Source: an uncultured Gemmatimonadales bacterium (GTDB lineage: Bacteria; Gemmatimonadota; Gemmatimonadetes; Gemmatimonadales; Gemmatimonadaceae). Taken from it: a stretch of DNA of 64,000 nt. This document shows, one piece after another, positions 33,606 to 45,193 of this stretch. How positions within the stretch are numbered: the first letter of the stretch is position 1; the number at the start of each line of letters is the position of its first letter. The notes beneath the pieces were generated by a model. The model searched no databases. It was not told the origin of the DNA and worked only from the letters and a program-made list of their open reading frames with translations. The DNA is taken from contig CAVPQB010000004.1 of assembly GCA_963707505.1 (NCBI GenBank), positions 640,001 to 704,000 of the forward strand. Reading direction: 5' to 3'. A program made the position numbers and the translations under genes.

Positions 33606-35132
33606 GACAGCTCCACGTAGTCGAGCAGGCCCTGACGGCCGCCCTTCGCGTCCGAAACCGGATTCCTTGTAGCCGCCGAACGGCGACGAGGGATCGAACT
33701 TGTTGAACGTGTTGGCCCACACGACGCCCGCCTTGAGTTCCGCAGCCATCTTGAAGAATGCGCGAGCCCTTGTCGGTCCAGACGCCGGCGGAGAGTCCGT
33801 ACATCGTGTTGTTGGCCTTCTCGATCGCTTCGTCGATCGTGCGGAACGTGAGAATGCTGAGCACCGGCCCGAAGATCTCCTCGCGCGCGATGCGATGGCT
33901 CTGGGTGACTTCGGTGAACAGCGTCGGGCGGAAGAAGAATCCGCTCGCCGGAAGCGAGCACGCGGGTTGGTACATCTCCGCACCTTCGGTCACGCCGCTT
34001 TCCACCAGCTCGCAGATTCTGTCGAGCTGCTCGCGCGAGTTGATCGCACCGATGTCGGTGTTCTTGTCGAGCGGATCGCCGACGCGCAGACTGGCCATCC
34101 GCTGTTGCAGCTTGTGCACGAACGAATCCGCGATCGATTCCTGAACGAGCAGGCGACTGCCTGCGCAGCACACGTGGCCCTGATTGAAGAAGATTCCGTT
34201 GACGACGCCCTCGACCGCCTGATCGATCGGCGAATCGTCGAAGACGATGTTCGCTGCCTTGCCGCCCAGCTCCATCGTCATGCGCGTGCCGCGCCGGCGA
34301 GCTGGCGCATGATGATCTTGCCGACTTCGGTCGATCCGGTGAACGCGATCTTCGCCGCGGCAGGATGCCCGTGACCGCGGCGCCGGTTTCGCCCGCACCG
34401 GTGACGATGTTCACGACGCCAGCCGGCAGCTCCGCCTCCTGCAACAGCTCCGCGAACTTCATCGCCGTGACCGACGTCGTCTCTGCCGGCTTGAGCACGA
34501 CGCAGTTTCCCAGCCAGCGCCGGCGCGATCTTCCACGCGAGCATGAGCAGCGGGAAATTCCACGGGATCACCTGGCCGACGACGCCGAGCGGCGCGACCG
34601 TACGACCGGGCGCGACATACTCGAGCTTGTCGGCCCAGCCCGCGTGATAGAAGAAGTGCGCGGCGGCCATCGGCACGTCGAAGTCGCGCGACTCCTTGAT
34701 CGGCTTGCCGCCATCGATCGATTCGGCGACGGCAAATTCGCGCGCGCGATCCTGCAGCAGGCGCGCGATGCGATAGAGATACTTCCCGCGCTCGCGACCC
34801 GGCATCTTGCGCCACGACTGTCTGGTACGCGAGCTGTGCAGCCATGTACGCGGCATCGACGTCGCCGGAGTTGGCGAGCGCGATCTCGGCGAGAGCTGCT
34901 CGGTCGCCGGATTGATCGAGTCGAAGTACTTGCCCGATTTCGGCGCGATGAAACTTCCGCCGATGAAGAGATCGTAACGCGACTTGAGCTGCGGATCCGC
35001 GGTCTCCGGCGCCGGATCGTATTCCCACAGGTCACCGAAGATCAGCTCGGGCATTCCCTGCTTGCGTCCGTGTTTCTTCTTCGAATCCTTCGATGCGGAT
35101 TCGTGCTCGGACGGGTCCAGTGTGATCGCCAT
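33602..35132 (-). CDS. Aldehyde dehydrogenase, several frameshifts
   Basis: [50 protein letters not shown]. Confidence 0.93.
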
Positions 35133-35134
35133 TT

Positions 35135-36060
35135 TCAGTAGCTCTCAGCGGCTTCGGTGAAGTAGTACGGCGCCTGGTACGCGCCGTGCTTCTCCTTTTC
35201 GATCTGGCGGAGCAGATCGTTGAGCAGCGAGCTTGCTCCGAAACGGTAGCGCGACGAGTTGAGCCACGCGTCGCCGAGCGTCTCCTTGACCGCGACGAGA
35301 TAGTGCAGCGCCTGCTTCGCGGTGCGGATTCCGCCGGCGGGCTTCATGCCGATCGCGAATGCCGGTCTCGAGATAGAAATCGCGGATCGCTTCGATCATC
35401 ACCTGCGTGTTGGCGAGCGTCGCGCTGCCGGACGCCTTGCCCGTGCTGGTCTTGATGAAGTCGCCAGCGCGAATCACCTGCATCGCGAGGAACGAGGCGG
35501 CGCGGATGTTGTCGTAGGTCTCGAGCTCGCTGACTTCGAGGATCACCTTGAGCTGTCGCGTCGCCGCAGGCCTCGACGACTGCGGCGATCTCGTCCTGCA
35601 CCGCGTCGAACTCGCCCGAGAGAAAGAGTCCGCGGTTGATCACCATGTCGATCTCGTCGGCGCCAGCAGGTCACGGCCGTACTTCACTTCCTGCAGGCGC
35701 ATCTTGAGCGAGCTCTGGCCGGACGGAAACGCCGTCGCGACCGACGCGATCTTGATCGGCGGAATCGGCGAGGTGCTTGCGCGCTTCCTTGACCAGCGAT
35801 GGATAGATGCAGACCGCCGCGACGGGCGGAATGGTGGCGTCGTCGCTTGGCTGGCGAGCCTTCTGACACAGCGACGCGACCTTGCCCGGGGTGTCCTTGC
35901 CTTCGAGGGTCGTGAGATCGACCATCGAGACGGCGGTCTTGAGGCCCCAGAGCTTGGATGCCTTCTTGATGCTGCGCGTGGTGAACTTGGCCACGCGCTC
36001 CTCGATCCCGACCTGGTCCACGGTGCCGAAATCGTCGACAATTGAATGCTTGGTCACCAT
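35135..36060 (-). CDS. deoC: Deoxyribose-phosphate aldolase, several frameshifts
   Basis: [47 protein letters not shown]. Confidence 0.92.
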
Positions 36061-36188
36061 TGAAATATAGGACACTGACGATGAGCGGGGACCGCTCGGG
36101 GCGGTGGTCTCGCCGTGGGAAGGACCAGTCGTCCACGCCGAGCGAAACTTCCCGGAAGTGATATACTTCTGCTGCAACGGAGGTGCGA

Positions 36189-36668
36189 ATGTCGACGACC
36201 CCACTCTTGAATCCCGGCGTGCGCTTTCCTCCGCCGTTCATCTTCCTCATCGGCCTTATTGCTGGATGGGCGCTGGACCGGTACATAATTGCGGTTCCAC
36301 TCACATACCCCAATGCGACGGCCCTGCTGGCCGTCGGCACGTCGCTCGTGGCAATCGGTGTGGTCCTTGCTGCGTGTGGAATCATCACGTTCCGAATTGC
36401 ACGCACGAGCGTGATTCCGCATCACAGCGCGAGTCGGCTCGTGACCGCCGGCCCGTACCGGTTCACGCGGAATCCAATGTATACCGGGCTGGTTATCTCG
36501 TACATCGGTGCCACGGCGTTGCTTCACACCCTCTGGCCACTGGTGCTGTTGCCGCTCGTGATCGCCATCATGATTCGGTTCGTGATCCTCCGGGAGGAGC
36601 GCTACCTGTCCGACGCGTTCGGCGCCGATTATTCCGCCTACCGCAGCCGCGTGCGCCGCTGGGTGTGA
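36189..36668 (+). CDS. Isoprenylcysteine carboxylmethyltransferase family membrane protein
   Basis: LVTAGPYRFTRNPMY, EERYL..FG..Y..Y. Confidence 0.88.
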   Translation: MSTTPLLNPGVRFPPPFIFLIGLIAGWALDRYIIAVPLTYPNATALLAVGTSLVAIGVVLAACGIITFRIARTSVIPHHSASRLVTAGPYRFTRNPMYTGLVISYIGATALLHTLWPLVLLPLVIAIMIRFVILREERYLSDAFGADYSAYRSRVRRWV

Positions 36669-36677
36669 GCGCCGTAG

Positions 36678-38270
36678 CTAGGCAGCCTCGATCCGCACCG
36701 GAACGCCGAGCACATCCTCCAGGAGATCGCTTTTCCGTGCGGCACCCCAGAGCTCGAGCCGTAGATCGTAGGAATTCGACGCCGGAGTCGCGCGGATAAG
36801 GAATTCAGTTCGCGTGAGCTCGGCGTCCAGGTCCTTCACCGCGCTTGCGTGCCCGCGATCCAGTCCGTCCGCTACCCGCAGGATTGCGGCGAGTCGTTTG
36901 ATGCGGCGTCTTAGCTGGCGATCGAGGCCGGCGTACGCACGATGCTGGGCCTTTGGCGCCGCGCCCCGATGGTATCGTGCGACGTTCGCGACCATCACGC
37001 GCTCTGCCGGCGTCATGCCAAGCAATTCGGCGTGCAGGATCAGGTGATACGAATGCTTGTGATGCGCTTCGAAGTTTATGTGATAGCCGATATCATGCAA
37101 CAGCGCGGCGTCCGCGAGAACCGCCCGATCACTCGGCCCGAGCTCGAGCTTTGCGGCCACCGCGTCAAAGATCTGCAGCGCCAGGCGTCGGACCTGTTGT
37201 GCATGCGGTGCCTCGTAGCGCGAGCGTTCGGCGAGCTGAAGCACCGAGCGACTGCGTGCTTCTCCGGGATCCGCAACGACCGGAGCAATGCTCGCGGCTT
37301 CGAGCAACAAACCCTCGCGAATCCCATACGCAGACACGACCATCTCTCTCGCCTCGATGCGCGCCATCACCTCCGCGGCAACAGCGAGCCCCGCCACGAT
37401 GATGTCGGCGCGAGCGGGGGACAGTCCCGGCACCGTCTGTCGTTCCGACGGCGACATTCCCTGCAACAGATCGAGCACGTGCTCCAGCTCGGCGCGTGTA
37501 ACAATCGTTCCATGAACGCCAGATGCGCGTCCCATCCCTTGACGCGACAGAATCATCCCAGCGAGATTCGTGAACGTGCCTCCGGAGCCGATCAGCCGCG
37601 CTCCGTGCCAGTCACGACGGGATACAGAGGCCCGCAGCTCCTTGCGGACGAACCGGCGTAGCTCCGCCAGTTCCTTGCGCCCACGATTCTTGCCGAAGAA
37701 CTGCTCCGTCATCGTGATGGCGCCCATCGGGAACGACATCAACCCGTCCAGCAGGCCGTCCGCACTCAGTGCCAGCTCCAGCGATCCACCACCGATGTCC
37801 ATCACCACCGCCCTGCCGGTCGCAAGGTCGAAGTGCGCCAGGGCGCTTCGGTACGACAGCAGCGCTTCCTCGTCGCCCTCCAGGATGCGGACCGTGAGCC
37901 CTGTGGTGTCGCGAACGGCGGCGATGAATTCGGCACCGTTCTCAGCGTCGCGCACGGCGCTGGTGGCGACGGCTTCGGTGCGCACAGCACCCATCTGACG
38001 CGTGAGCGTGGCCATGCGGAGCAGCGCGTCGAGCGCGTTACGAATTGCAGCCTCGCCAATGCGCCCGGTTTCGCCTACACCCTCGCCGAGTCGCGGAGCT
38101 GCCTTCATCTCATCAATGACGCGGATCTCGCCGTCGGGAGATACGTCAGCGACTATCTGCCGAATGGAATTCGAGCCGATGCCGATCGCGGCAATGCGTA
38201 CGTCGTCCGCACGCGGTGCCGGACGGCGCGATTGCGCCGAAGGTGGCGTCTGATCAGCTTCGTTCGGCAT
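36678..38270 (-). CDS. ppx: Ppx/GppA exopolyphosphatase
   Basis: IGIGSNSIR, ATSAVRDA, DIGGGSLE, HD domain LLHDIG. Confidence 0.93.
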   Translation of the reverse strand: MPNEADQTPPSAQSRRPAPRADDVRIAAIGIGSNSIRQIVADVSPDGEIRVIDEMKAAPRLGEGVGETGRIGEAAIRNALDALLRMATLTRQMGAVRTEAVATSAVRDAENGAEFIAAVRDTTGLTVRILEGDEEALLSYRSALAHFDLATGRAVVMDIGGGSLELALSADGLLDGLMSFPMGAITMTEQFFGKNRGRKELAELRRFVRKELRASVSRRDWHGARLIGSGGTFTNLAGMILSRQGMGRASGVHGTIVTRAELEHVLDLLQGMSPSERQTVPGLSPARADIIVAGLAVAAEVMARIEAREMVVSAYGIREGLLLEAASIAPVVADPGEARSRSVLQLAERSRYEAPHAQQVRRLALQIFDAVAAKLELGPSDRAVLADAALLHDIGYHINFEAHHKHSYHLILHAELLGMTPAERVMVANVARYHRGAAPKAQHRAYAGLDRQLRRRIKRLAAILRVADGLDRGHASAVKDLDAELTRTEFLIRATPASNSYDLRLELWGAARKSDLLEDVLGVPVRIEAA

Positions 38271-38320
38271 TCACATCTCCGGCCCAGATCATAACCGGAA
38301 ATGTAACGCCGTCCGCGTGA

Positions 38321-38368
38321 TCAGTTCTCGCGATCAGTTCTCGCGATTAGTTCTCGCGATCAGTCCTC
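38321..38368. repeat. 13-bp tandem repeat at the phoU 3' end
   Basis: TCAGTTCTCGCGA x2, TTAGTTCTCGCGA, then TCAGTCCTC (phoU stop). Confidence 0.8.
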
Positions 38369-39049
38369 GAAGTGATGCTTGATCTGTTTTCCTTCTGCGA
38401 GATATACTGCGTCCTCGCTGATGTTGGTGGCGAGATCCGCAACGCGCTCGAGGTTTCGGCTTACCAGAAGCAGCTCCAGCGACGGCGTGATGGTGCGGGC
38501 GTCACCCATCATATGTGTGAGCAGGATGCGGAAGATGGAATCGTGCAGGGCGTCGACTGCATCATCAGCCTGACAGACTTTTCTACCGAGCGCACCGTCG
38601 CTCCGAAGAAACGCATCCAGCGAATCGCTCAACATGAGTCGCGCGCGCCGCGCCATGTCCTCGATCTCAGGATCCGGAACGAGCGTTGCACGCTGCTCGA
38701 TCAGGCGCTGCGATGACTGCGCAATGTTCACCGCGTGATCACCGATTCGCTCGAGGTCACTGGACACCCGGATCGCACCGACAATGAAACGAAGGTCGCG
38801 CGCCATGGGCTGCTGCAATGCCAGGAGTGCCACCGCGCGCTGCTCGATCTCCACCTCCAGCGCGTTGAGCTCGGCGTCGCTGGTAATGACCATCTCGGCG
38901 ATCGCATGATCGTTATGGAGCAGAGCGTCGACTGCCTGCTCGATCATCTCCTCCGCGCGTGTGGACATGGCGAGCAGGCGCGCCTTGAGCTCGTCCATCT
39001 GATCGTGAAAGTGACGGAAGCCGTTCGGCGCGTCCTGAAGGCCGGTCAT
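38360..39049 (-). CDS. phoU: Phosphate signalling protein PhoU
   Basis: [33 protein letters not shown]. Confidence 0.96.
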   Translation of the reverse strand: MTGLQDAPNGFRHFHDQMDELKARLLAMSTRAEEMIEQAVDALLHNDHAIAEMVITSDAELNALEVEIEQRAVALLALQQPMARDLRFIVGAIRVSSDLERIGDHAVNIAQSSQRLIEQRATLVPDPEIEDMARRARLMLSDSLDAFLRSDGALGRKVCQADDAVDALHDSIFRILLTHMMGDARTITPSLELLLVSRNLERVADLATNISEDAVYLAEGKQIKHHFED

Positions 39050-39840
39050 CCGAATCTCCCGGTTATGTATGCTTCGGTGCGGTCCTCGCGCGGTCGCGTG
39101 AACATTCTATCCGTGCTATCCGCCTCGACGAGCTCGCCAAGGAAGAAGAACGCGGTGCGCGTCGAGATGCGTGCCGCTTGTTGCAGGTTGTGGGTAACGA
39201 TGACGATCGTAAGCTCCGACTTGAGCTCGTGAAGCAGCTGCTCGATCTTGCGCGTGGCGATCGGATCGAGCGCGCTTGCAGGCTCATCCAACAGAAGGAC
39301 CTCCGGTCGATTTGCGAGTGCGCGCGCGATGCAGAGCCGCTGTTGCTGTCCACCGGATAGTCCAAGCGCGCTTTTGCGCAGGCGATCCTTCACCTCGTCC
39401 CAGAGTGCAGCGCGACGCAGAGCATCTTCTGCGAACTCGTCAAGCTGCGATCGCGATGTTACGCCGTTGATGCGTGGGCCGTACGTAACGTTGTCATAAA
39501 TCGATGCCGGGAACGGATTCCAGCGTTGAAAAACCATGCCAACGCGCTGCCGTAGGGCGACGACATCCGTGCCACGCGCATATACATCTGTTCCGTCCAG
39601 GAGTATCGAGCCTTCCTGCCGCGTCCCGGGAATCGTGTCGTTCATCCGGTTGATCGATCGGAGGAATGTCGATTTACCGCAGCCTGACGGACCGATGAGC
39701 GCGGTGACGCTGTGTGGCTCGATCGCAAGCGACACATTGAACAATGCCTGCTTCTTTCCATAGAAGAAGGAGAAGTCGACAGCCTCGATCGTCCCTGTTG
39801 CGACGGGACTGTGATCGAGCTGGGCGGCCAGTGCACTCAT
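39046..39840 (-). CDS. pstB: Phosphate ABC transporter ATPase
   Basis: [30 protein letters not shown]. Confidence 0.96.
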   Translation of the reverse strand: MSALAAQLDHSPVATGTIEAVDFSFFYGKKQALFNVSLAIEPHSVTALIGPSGCGKSTFLRSINRMNDTIPGTRQEGSILLDGTDVYARGTDVVALRQRVGMVFQRWNPFPASIYDNVTYGPRINGVTSRSQLDEFAEDALRRAALWDEVKDRLRKSALGLSGGQQQRLCIARALANRPEVLLLDEPASALDPIATRKIEQLLHELKSELTIVIVTHNLQQAARISTRTAFFFLGELVEADSTDRMFTRPREDRTEAYITGRFG

Positions 39841-40757
39841 CCGAACCTCCCTGTGATGTATGCTTCGGTGCGCGGATCGCTTGGCGCGGTGAACAGCGTA
39901 TTTGTTGGCGCTGCTTCGATCAATTCGCCATCGAGCATGAACGCGGTGCGATCCGAGACACGCGCTGCCTGCTGCATGTTGTGCGTAACGATTCCAACCG
40001 TGACAGTGGAGCGAAGCTCGTAAACGAGCTCCTCGATCTTCTGGGTACTGGAAGGATCGAGTGACGCCGTCGGCTCATCCAGTAACAGCACACGCGGCTT
40101 GGTAGCGAGCGCACGCGCGATGCAGAGTCGTTGTTGCTGCCCGCCGGACAGTGCGATGGCACCAGTGCCAAGGCGATCCTTGACTTCGTGCCAGAGAGCG
40201 GCGCGACGGAGTGCGTCCTCGACTACTTCGTCGACGCGCGAGCGCGACGGTACACTGCCGTGAATTCTCAGCCCAGCCGCTACGTTGTCGCGGATCGACA
40301 TCGTTGGAAACGGCGTGGGCCGCTGAAACACCATGCCTACATGTCGGCGCACCGCGATGGCGCTCGTTCCGTCGCCGTACAGCTGCTCGCCATCGAGTGT
40401 CACGCTGCCGCTCGTACGGGCGCCAGGGACAGTCTCATGCATGCGGTTCAGGCAGCGTAACAGCGTGGACTTGCCACAGCCGGACGGGCCTATTATCGCG
40501 GTGACGCTGCGCGGATCGAGCGTTAGCGTTACCTCCTTCACGGCGTGCTGTTGTCCGAAGTATGCGTTCAGCCCTGTTGCTTCGAGACGGGCGACGGCCG
40601 CGTCCGTGCCGGAGGTTGTGATCCGACGGTCCGCATTGGGGAACACGTGCCTGGCGACCGGTATCTCCAGACGACTGGCGGCGTCTGGCGCAGTCGCCAA
40701 CAATCGATCATCGAATGCGGCGTCGGCGGGCACTGCGATAATTCCGGGTTCAGTCAA
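39837..40757 (-). CDS. pstB: Phosphate ABC transporter ATPase (second copy)
   Basis: Same motifs, N-terminal extension. Confidence 0.95.
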   Translation of the reverse strand: MTEPGIIAVPADAAFDDRLLATAPDAASRLEIPVARHVFPNADRRITTSGTDAAVARLEATGLNAYFGQQHAVKEVTLTLDPRSVTAIIGPSGCGKSTLLRCLNRMHETVPGARTSGSVTLDGEQLYGDGTSAIAVRRHVGMVFQRPTPFPTMSIRDNVAAGLRIHGSVPSRSRVDEVVEDALRRAALWHEVKDRLGTGAIALSGGQQQRLCIARALATKPRVLLLDEPTASLDPSSTQKIEELVYELRSTVTVGIVTHNMQQAARVSDRTAFMLDGELIEAAPTNTLFTAPSDPRTEAYITGRFG

Positions 40758-41655
40758 CGGCGGCTCCGAATCGCGACCGCGTGGCGAACCGCGCGGCGAT
40801 GCTTATGATCAGGACGATCCCGATCAGGACGAGCGCTCCCGCCCAGGCGAGAGAATGCCACTCGTCGTACGGGCTGATTGCGTACGTGAAGATCTGCAAC
40901 GGCAGCGCCGCGATCGGCTGCCGCAGCGACGTCGACCAGAACTGATTGCCGAATGCGGTGAACAGCAGCGGAGCCGTCTCGCCGGCGATTCTTGCGATCG
41001 CTACAAGCGCCCCCGTAACGATGCCGGGCATCGCCGTGCGCAGGATCACGCTGAGCGATGTGCGCCAGCGCTGATACCCAAGCGCGAGCGCCGCTTCGCG
41101 GAGCGAATTGGGGACGATGCGGATCATCTCCTCCGTAGTCCGCGTCACCAGCGGAATGATCATCGCGCCGAGCGCGATCCCGCCGGAGAGAGCTGAGAAG
41201 TGGCCGACGGGTCGGACGAGTAGTTGCCATGCGAAGATGCCCATCACTATTGACGGGATTCCGTTCAACACGTCGGAGAGAAACCGAACGGTATTTGCAA
41301 GCGGCGTTCGCTTGTGCTCGGCCAAATACATCCCCGCGCCGATTCCAACCGGCACGCCAACCGCGGCGGCGATGCCGATCAGTATCAGTGTGCCCGAGAT
41401 CGCATTCGCCATTCCGCCGCCTGCTTCGCCGACAGGCTGGGGCATTTTCGTAAATAGATCGACGCTGATGGCTCCAGCCCCGAGCTTGACGATATGTACG
41501 ATAATGAAGAGTAGCGGCAGCGTTGCGAGCGCCGCCGCGACATATGTCAGCGCGACCATTATGCCGCTCACACCGCGGCGCTTCGCTCGATTCACGCGCG
41601 TCGAGCGCGGAATTACGGCGGTGGTCAAGTTTCGTTCCTCACCGATACGCTCCAC
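40750..41655 (-). CDS. pstA: Phosphate ABC transporter permease
   Basis: [24 protein letters not shown]. Confidence 0.95.
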   Translation of the reverse strand: MERIGEERNLTTAVIPRSTRVNRAKRRGVSGIMVALTYVAAALATLPLLFIIVHIVKLGAGAISVDLFTKMPQPVGEAGGGMANAISGTLILIGIAAAVGVPVGIGAGMYLAEHKRTPLANTVRFLSDVLNGIPSIVMGIFAWQLLVRPVGHFSALSGGIALGAMIIPLVTRTTEEMIRIVPNSLREAALALGYQRWRTSLSVILRTAMPGIVTGALVAIARIAGETAPLLFTAFGNQFWSTSLRQPIAALPLQIFTYAISPYDEWHSLAWAGALVLIGIVLIISIAARFATRSRFGAAVD

Positions 41656-42614
41656 ACCAGCCAGCGCGCTATCGCGTTGACGACGATGGTGATGACGAAC
41701 AGCACCGCTCCGACGGCCATGAGCGCCGAGAGATGCAGGTCGCTGGTCGCTTCACTGAACTCGTTGGCAATGAGCGATGCCATGGTGTAGCCGGGCGCCA
41801 GCAGCGACGACGATATCTCTGCCCGATTTCCGATCACCATGGTGACCGCCATGGTCTCACCGAGTGCGCGGCCCAAGCCGAGTATGACGCCGCCGATTAT
41901 GCCCGAGCGTGCGTTTGGGATTACGGCATCTCGTATTACTTCCCAGCGTGTTGCACCGAGTGCGAGAGCCGCCTCGCGCTGCGACCGCGGAACGGCGCGG
42001 AGAACCTCGCGCGATACTGCCGAGATGTATGGGAGCGCCATGATGGCGAGAATGATTCCCGCCGCAAGCATGCTCGGACCGTACGCCGGTCCCGCAAAGA
42101 ATGGCGTCGCGCCGAGATGGAGGGTGTCGCGCAGGAATGGCACGACGTCTTCGCGCAGCAATGGAATCATGACGAAGATTCCCCACAGCCCGTAAACCAC
42201 GCTGGGAATGGCGGCGAGCAGATCCACGAGGAATGCGACCGGTTGTTGCAGCCAGCGGGGAGCGAACTCGGATAGGAAGATCGCGACACCGAGCGCGAGC
42301 GGAGTCGCGATGAGCAGCGCGATGAACGAGGAGACGATCGTGCCGAAAATTGCGGGCGCAGCACCATACTTGCCTGCCGGAACGTCCCATTCGCTCGACG
42401 TCAGGAAGCCGAATCCGAACTGATGCAGGGCAGGCCACGCTGCGCGCCCGATCTCGATCGCGATGGCGATCAACAACAGCGGTATGCAGACCGCAAACGC
42501 AGTCGTTATGACAGAGTAAGCGCGGTCGCCCAGATCGGAGCCGACGATCGACACGCTCCCGGTAGTCTCACCTCCGAGGCCGCTCATTCCGCGAATTCTG
42601 TCGATGCTGTCCAT
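41625..42614 (-). CDS. pstC: Phosphate ABC transporter permease (start uncertain)
   Basis: LLAAIPSVVYGLWG, GRALGETMAV. Confidence 0.95.
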   Translation of the reverse strand: MDSIDRIRGMSGLGGETTGSVSIVGSDLGDRAYSVITTAFAVCIPLLLIAIAIEIGRAAWPALHQFGFGFLTSSEWDVPAGKYGAAPAIFGTIVSSFIALLIATPLALGVAIFLSEFAPRWLQQPVAFLVDLLAAIPSVVYGLWGIFVMIPLLREDVVPFLRDTLHLGATPFFAGPAYGPSMLAAGIILAIMALPYISAVSREVLRAVPRSQREAALALGATRWEVIRDAVIPNARSGIIGGVILGLGRALGETMAVTMVIGNRAEISSSLLAPGYTMASLIANEFSEATSDLHLSALMAVGAVLFVITIVVNAIARWLVWSVSVRNET

Positions 42615-42663
42615 GTGGATACAGAAAGCTAGAACGACCGGCACTATAGAGTGACGAATGCCG

Positions 42664-42680
42664 TGTAACGGCATTGTCAC
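42664..42680. promoter_or_regulatory. Putative Pho box upstream of pstC
   Basis: TGTAAC-GGCAT-TGTCAC, 11-bp period. Confidence 0.6.
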
Positions 42681-42750
42681 AAGCGGTGCCGGTCGTTCTG
42701 TCCGCGCTACCTGGACTCAGCGCCTCGAATCCGATCGCAACCCCAGCCGG

Positions 42751-43143
42751 TCATGAGTTCGGCATTCCAGTGATTCGATGTCGCCGCTGCGATTGGCGCA
42801 GGATGAGGGCGTACGCCACGATATTGAGCAATAGTGCAAGAGTGCCGAGCGTCCAGCGAATTTGTGGCGTGAGGCCGGAGGGGTAGAGCCGTCGGAGGAT
42901 GTAATGGTCGATGAACCCACCGGAATATCCGGCAACACCGGCCCGCGCCCGCAGCATGATCTCCAGCGGCGTCAGTGGGCAGATCCAGCCACCGTATTCG
43001 ATCAGCACGCCCCACGCGGCGGCTGGCAGGTGCAGCCATACAAGCCGGTGCCATCGAAGCGCCATGAATCCGCCGACGATTACGAAGACGACGAAGGCCG
43101 CATGGAACAGCACGACAGCGCCGGCAAGCCAGTGATAGATCAT
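42751..43143 (-). CDS. DUF2784 family membrane protein
   Basis: HAAFVVFV, LHLPAAAWG, CPLTPLE, GFIDHYI. Confidence 0.85.
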   Translation of the reverse strand: MIYHWLAGAVVLFHAAFVVFVIVGGFMALRWHRLVWLHLPAAAWGVLIEYGGWICPLTPLEIMLRARAGVAGYSGGFIDHYILRRLYPSGLTPQIRWTLGTLALLLNIVAYALILRQSQRRHRITGMPNS

Positions 43144-43199
43144 TCGGATCGACGGGATCAATTGCGAGTGCGTGCGTCGCCGCCCCGTCACGGGCCAAC

Positions 43200-43229
43200 G
43201 GGAGAGCATGCCGGTCGGCATGCTCTCCC
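43200..43229. terminator. Hairpin after the 634-aa lipoprotein gene
   Basis: GGGAGAGCATGCCG-GT-CGGCATGCTCTCCC. Confidence 0.6.
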
Positions 43230-43237
43230 GCTCTGAA

Positions 43238-45142
43238 TTACGGAGTGACGCGAATCCTAGTGTCTACGTAGGCGGCTGTGCCACGATCACGCGCTCTGAT
43301 GGCCAGAACATGCGACCCGCCAAGCGACGGGATCGGGAATGTGTAACTGTCTCGTGCTGCACAGTTGTCGTGCATCACGAACCCGCTGCCGGGATCGTAT
43401 CCGGCGGCGCCAGTCGGTGTGACGTTCACACCGTCGACGTACGCCTTGAAGTCGTTATCGATGGCGATGCCGACTGTGAGTCCGGCGGTCCACCATGCGG
43501 GGAGCGTGAAAGTCTTGCGCAGCAACATGTCGGTCAGTCCGGACGGATTATTCGGCCAGGTCGTTCCGACACTCGCCGACAACGCCGAGCACGCTGTCGC
43601 AAGGTTGGCGCTTGCGAAGGCGCCGCCACCCGTGTTCCAGCCGTTTTGCGGTGTCGCAGCGAAGTTCGGCTGCTCGAAGCCCGGCGCGATGCCATCGGCG
43701 CCGGAGAGGTACATGTAACCGGTGCCCTCATAGGGAATTACGTCGGTGCTGGTTGCGGTGAACGTCAGCGGGTTACCAGAGACGATCACCGCGGCGCCGG
43801 CGCCCACACCAGAGGTTGGGAATCCCGAGATGCTGGTTGGCAGCGTGAAGCTTGCGTTCGCGGTAACGGAGTTGGCAGGTCCAACACCGAGCGTCCAGTT
43901 CGGAACGGTTGCGAGTCCGTTGGCGTCGGTGGTGAGCGTAACGGTGGTGGTCCGTGTCGAGCTCGATTCTGGTCCGACGCTTCCCCCCCCAGACGCAACA
44001 TTGAACGTTACCGACGCACCGCTGAGCGGAGTATGTCCGTTGGTCGTCTGCACCAACGCGGACGGTGCGGAGGCAACCGACGAGCCCGCAGGTGCGGTTT
44101 GGGGTTGAGCGGGGAAGTTTGCGGGCAACTTCACCACGACGGCGGTATCGACGCCGCCGAACGGGCTGAATGAGGTAGTTTTTCCGCCCACGCCGCTCGA
44201 TACGAGTGCGTACGCCGGCGTGGGGGAAAAGAGGCCGAGGGCGACCGAGCCGAGTCGTTTCGCAGCGCGCCCGTACTCTCCATTGCGGGCCAGATCGAAC
44301 ACGCTTGGCTGCGGCGCGAGTGCAGTTGCGCCGCAAACCAGAAATGGCACGGGTACCCGCGGGAGGATCTGGATGCCCGTACCCACGTTGTGCGCGAGAT
44401 CGACGCTCGACGGCGGTTGATCGCCGGCTGGCGTCTGGAGACATGCTGCGGCAACAACCGGTGCGGAGAACGTTTGCTGCGGAACGACCTTGAATTCAAA
44501 GAATGGGCCGTACTGATCCAGTTTGGTATTGAGCGGACCCGCGGGGAAAGTAAATGTCGCAGGGATAATCGAGATGGAAATCGTGACTGGTTGCGACAGT
44601 GTGCCGCCGGGGATCATCAATCCCGCGTGTTTCGAGCCGGTGACGATCGTCTGATCTGTCGATGAAGGCAGCACGACAGCGACGACATTATCCGCGTCGA
44701 GCGGAGTGGAACCTAGTGTCAGGGCAGACCCATCGAGGCCGACGAGGCAATAGAGCGCGCTTCCGAATGCGAGAGTCTTTTGTTGCGTCTGTAGGGACAT
44801 GCCACCGCGCAGATCGCCGGCGTAGTAATTGTCGAGCGTGAATTTCCACTCCGCGTACATGTCGCCTATTGCATCGCTATTGCGGCGGTGCAGCAGATCG
44901 TTGTCGATTTTGACGAAGCCGACGATCGCCTTCCCGAGGTCCCTGGGCTTGAAGAGCTCGAATATCTGCCACTGTGCAGCCACCTGACATCTTTGGGCGG
45001 GGGACTGTACGCCGCGGCTTGCACTTATCGATGGATCGACACTTGTCGGCGCTGTCTGGCGGTCAGTCGAACAAGCCGTCAGCCAGATCACGGCAGGAAT
45101 GCAGACGCCAAGGAGCGTGGAAAGCCGAGAGCTGCGACGCAT
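43238..45142 (-). CDS. Secreted lipoprotein with Ig-like and C-terminal beta-sandwich domains
   Basis: Lipobox LTAC; VTFNVASGGGSV...TTDANGLA..WTLG Ig-like motif; IDNDFKAYVDG. Confidence 0.7.
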   Translation of the reverse strand: MRRSSRLSTLLGVCIPAVIWLTACSTDRQTAPTSVDPSISASRGVQSPAQRCQVAAQWQIFELFKPRDLGKAIVGFVKIDNDLLHRRNSDAIGDMYAEWKFTLDNYYAGDLRGGMSLQTQQKTLAFGSALYCLVGLDGSALTLGSTPLDADNVVAVVLPSSTDQTIVTGSKHAGLMIPGGTLSQPVTISISIIPATFTFPAGPLNTKLDQYGPFFEFKVVPQQTFSAPVVAAACLQTPAGDQPPSSVDLAHNVGTGIQILPRVPVPFLVCGATALAPQPSVFDLARNGEYGRAAKRLGSVALGLFSPTPAYALVSSGVGGKTTSFSPFGGVDTAVVVKLPANFPAQPQTAPAGSSVASAPSALVQTTNGHTPLSGASVTFNVASGGGSVGPESSSTRTTTVTLTTDANGLATVPNWTLGVGPANSVTANASFTLPTSISGFPTSGVGAGAAVIVSGNPLTFTATSTDVIPYEGTGYMYLSGADGIAPGFEQPNFAATPQNGWNTGGGAFASANLATACSALSASVGTTWPNNPSGLTDMLLRKTFTLPAWWTAGLTVGIAIDNDFKAYVDGVNVTPTGAAGYDPGSGFVMHDNCAARDSYTFPIPSLGGSHVLAIRARDRGTAAYVDTRIRVTP

Positions 45143-45193
45143 TGGATACTCCGCGTGAATCGTTCGGTTGTCCGGACTTCCGAGAAGAGAAGG

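Noticed and set aside
39046..40757. Two tandem pstB genes as a novelty
   Set aside because: Known arrangement in many bacteria
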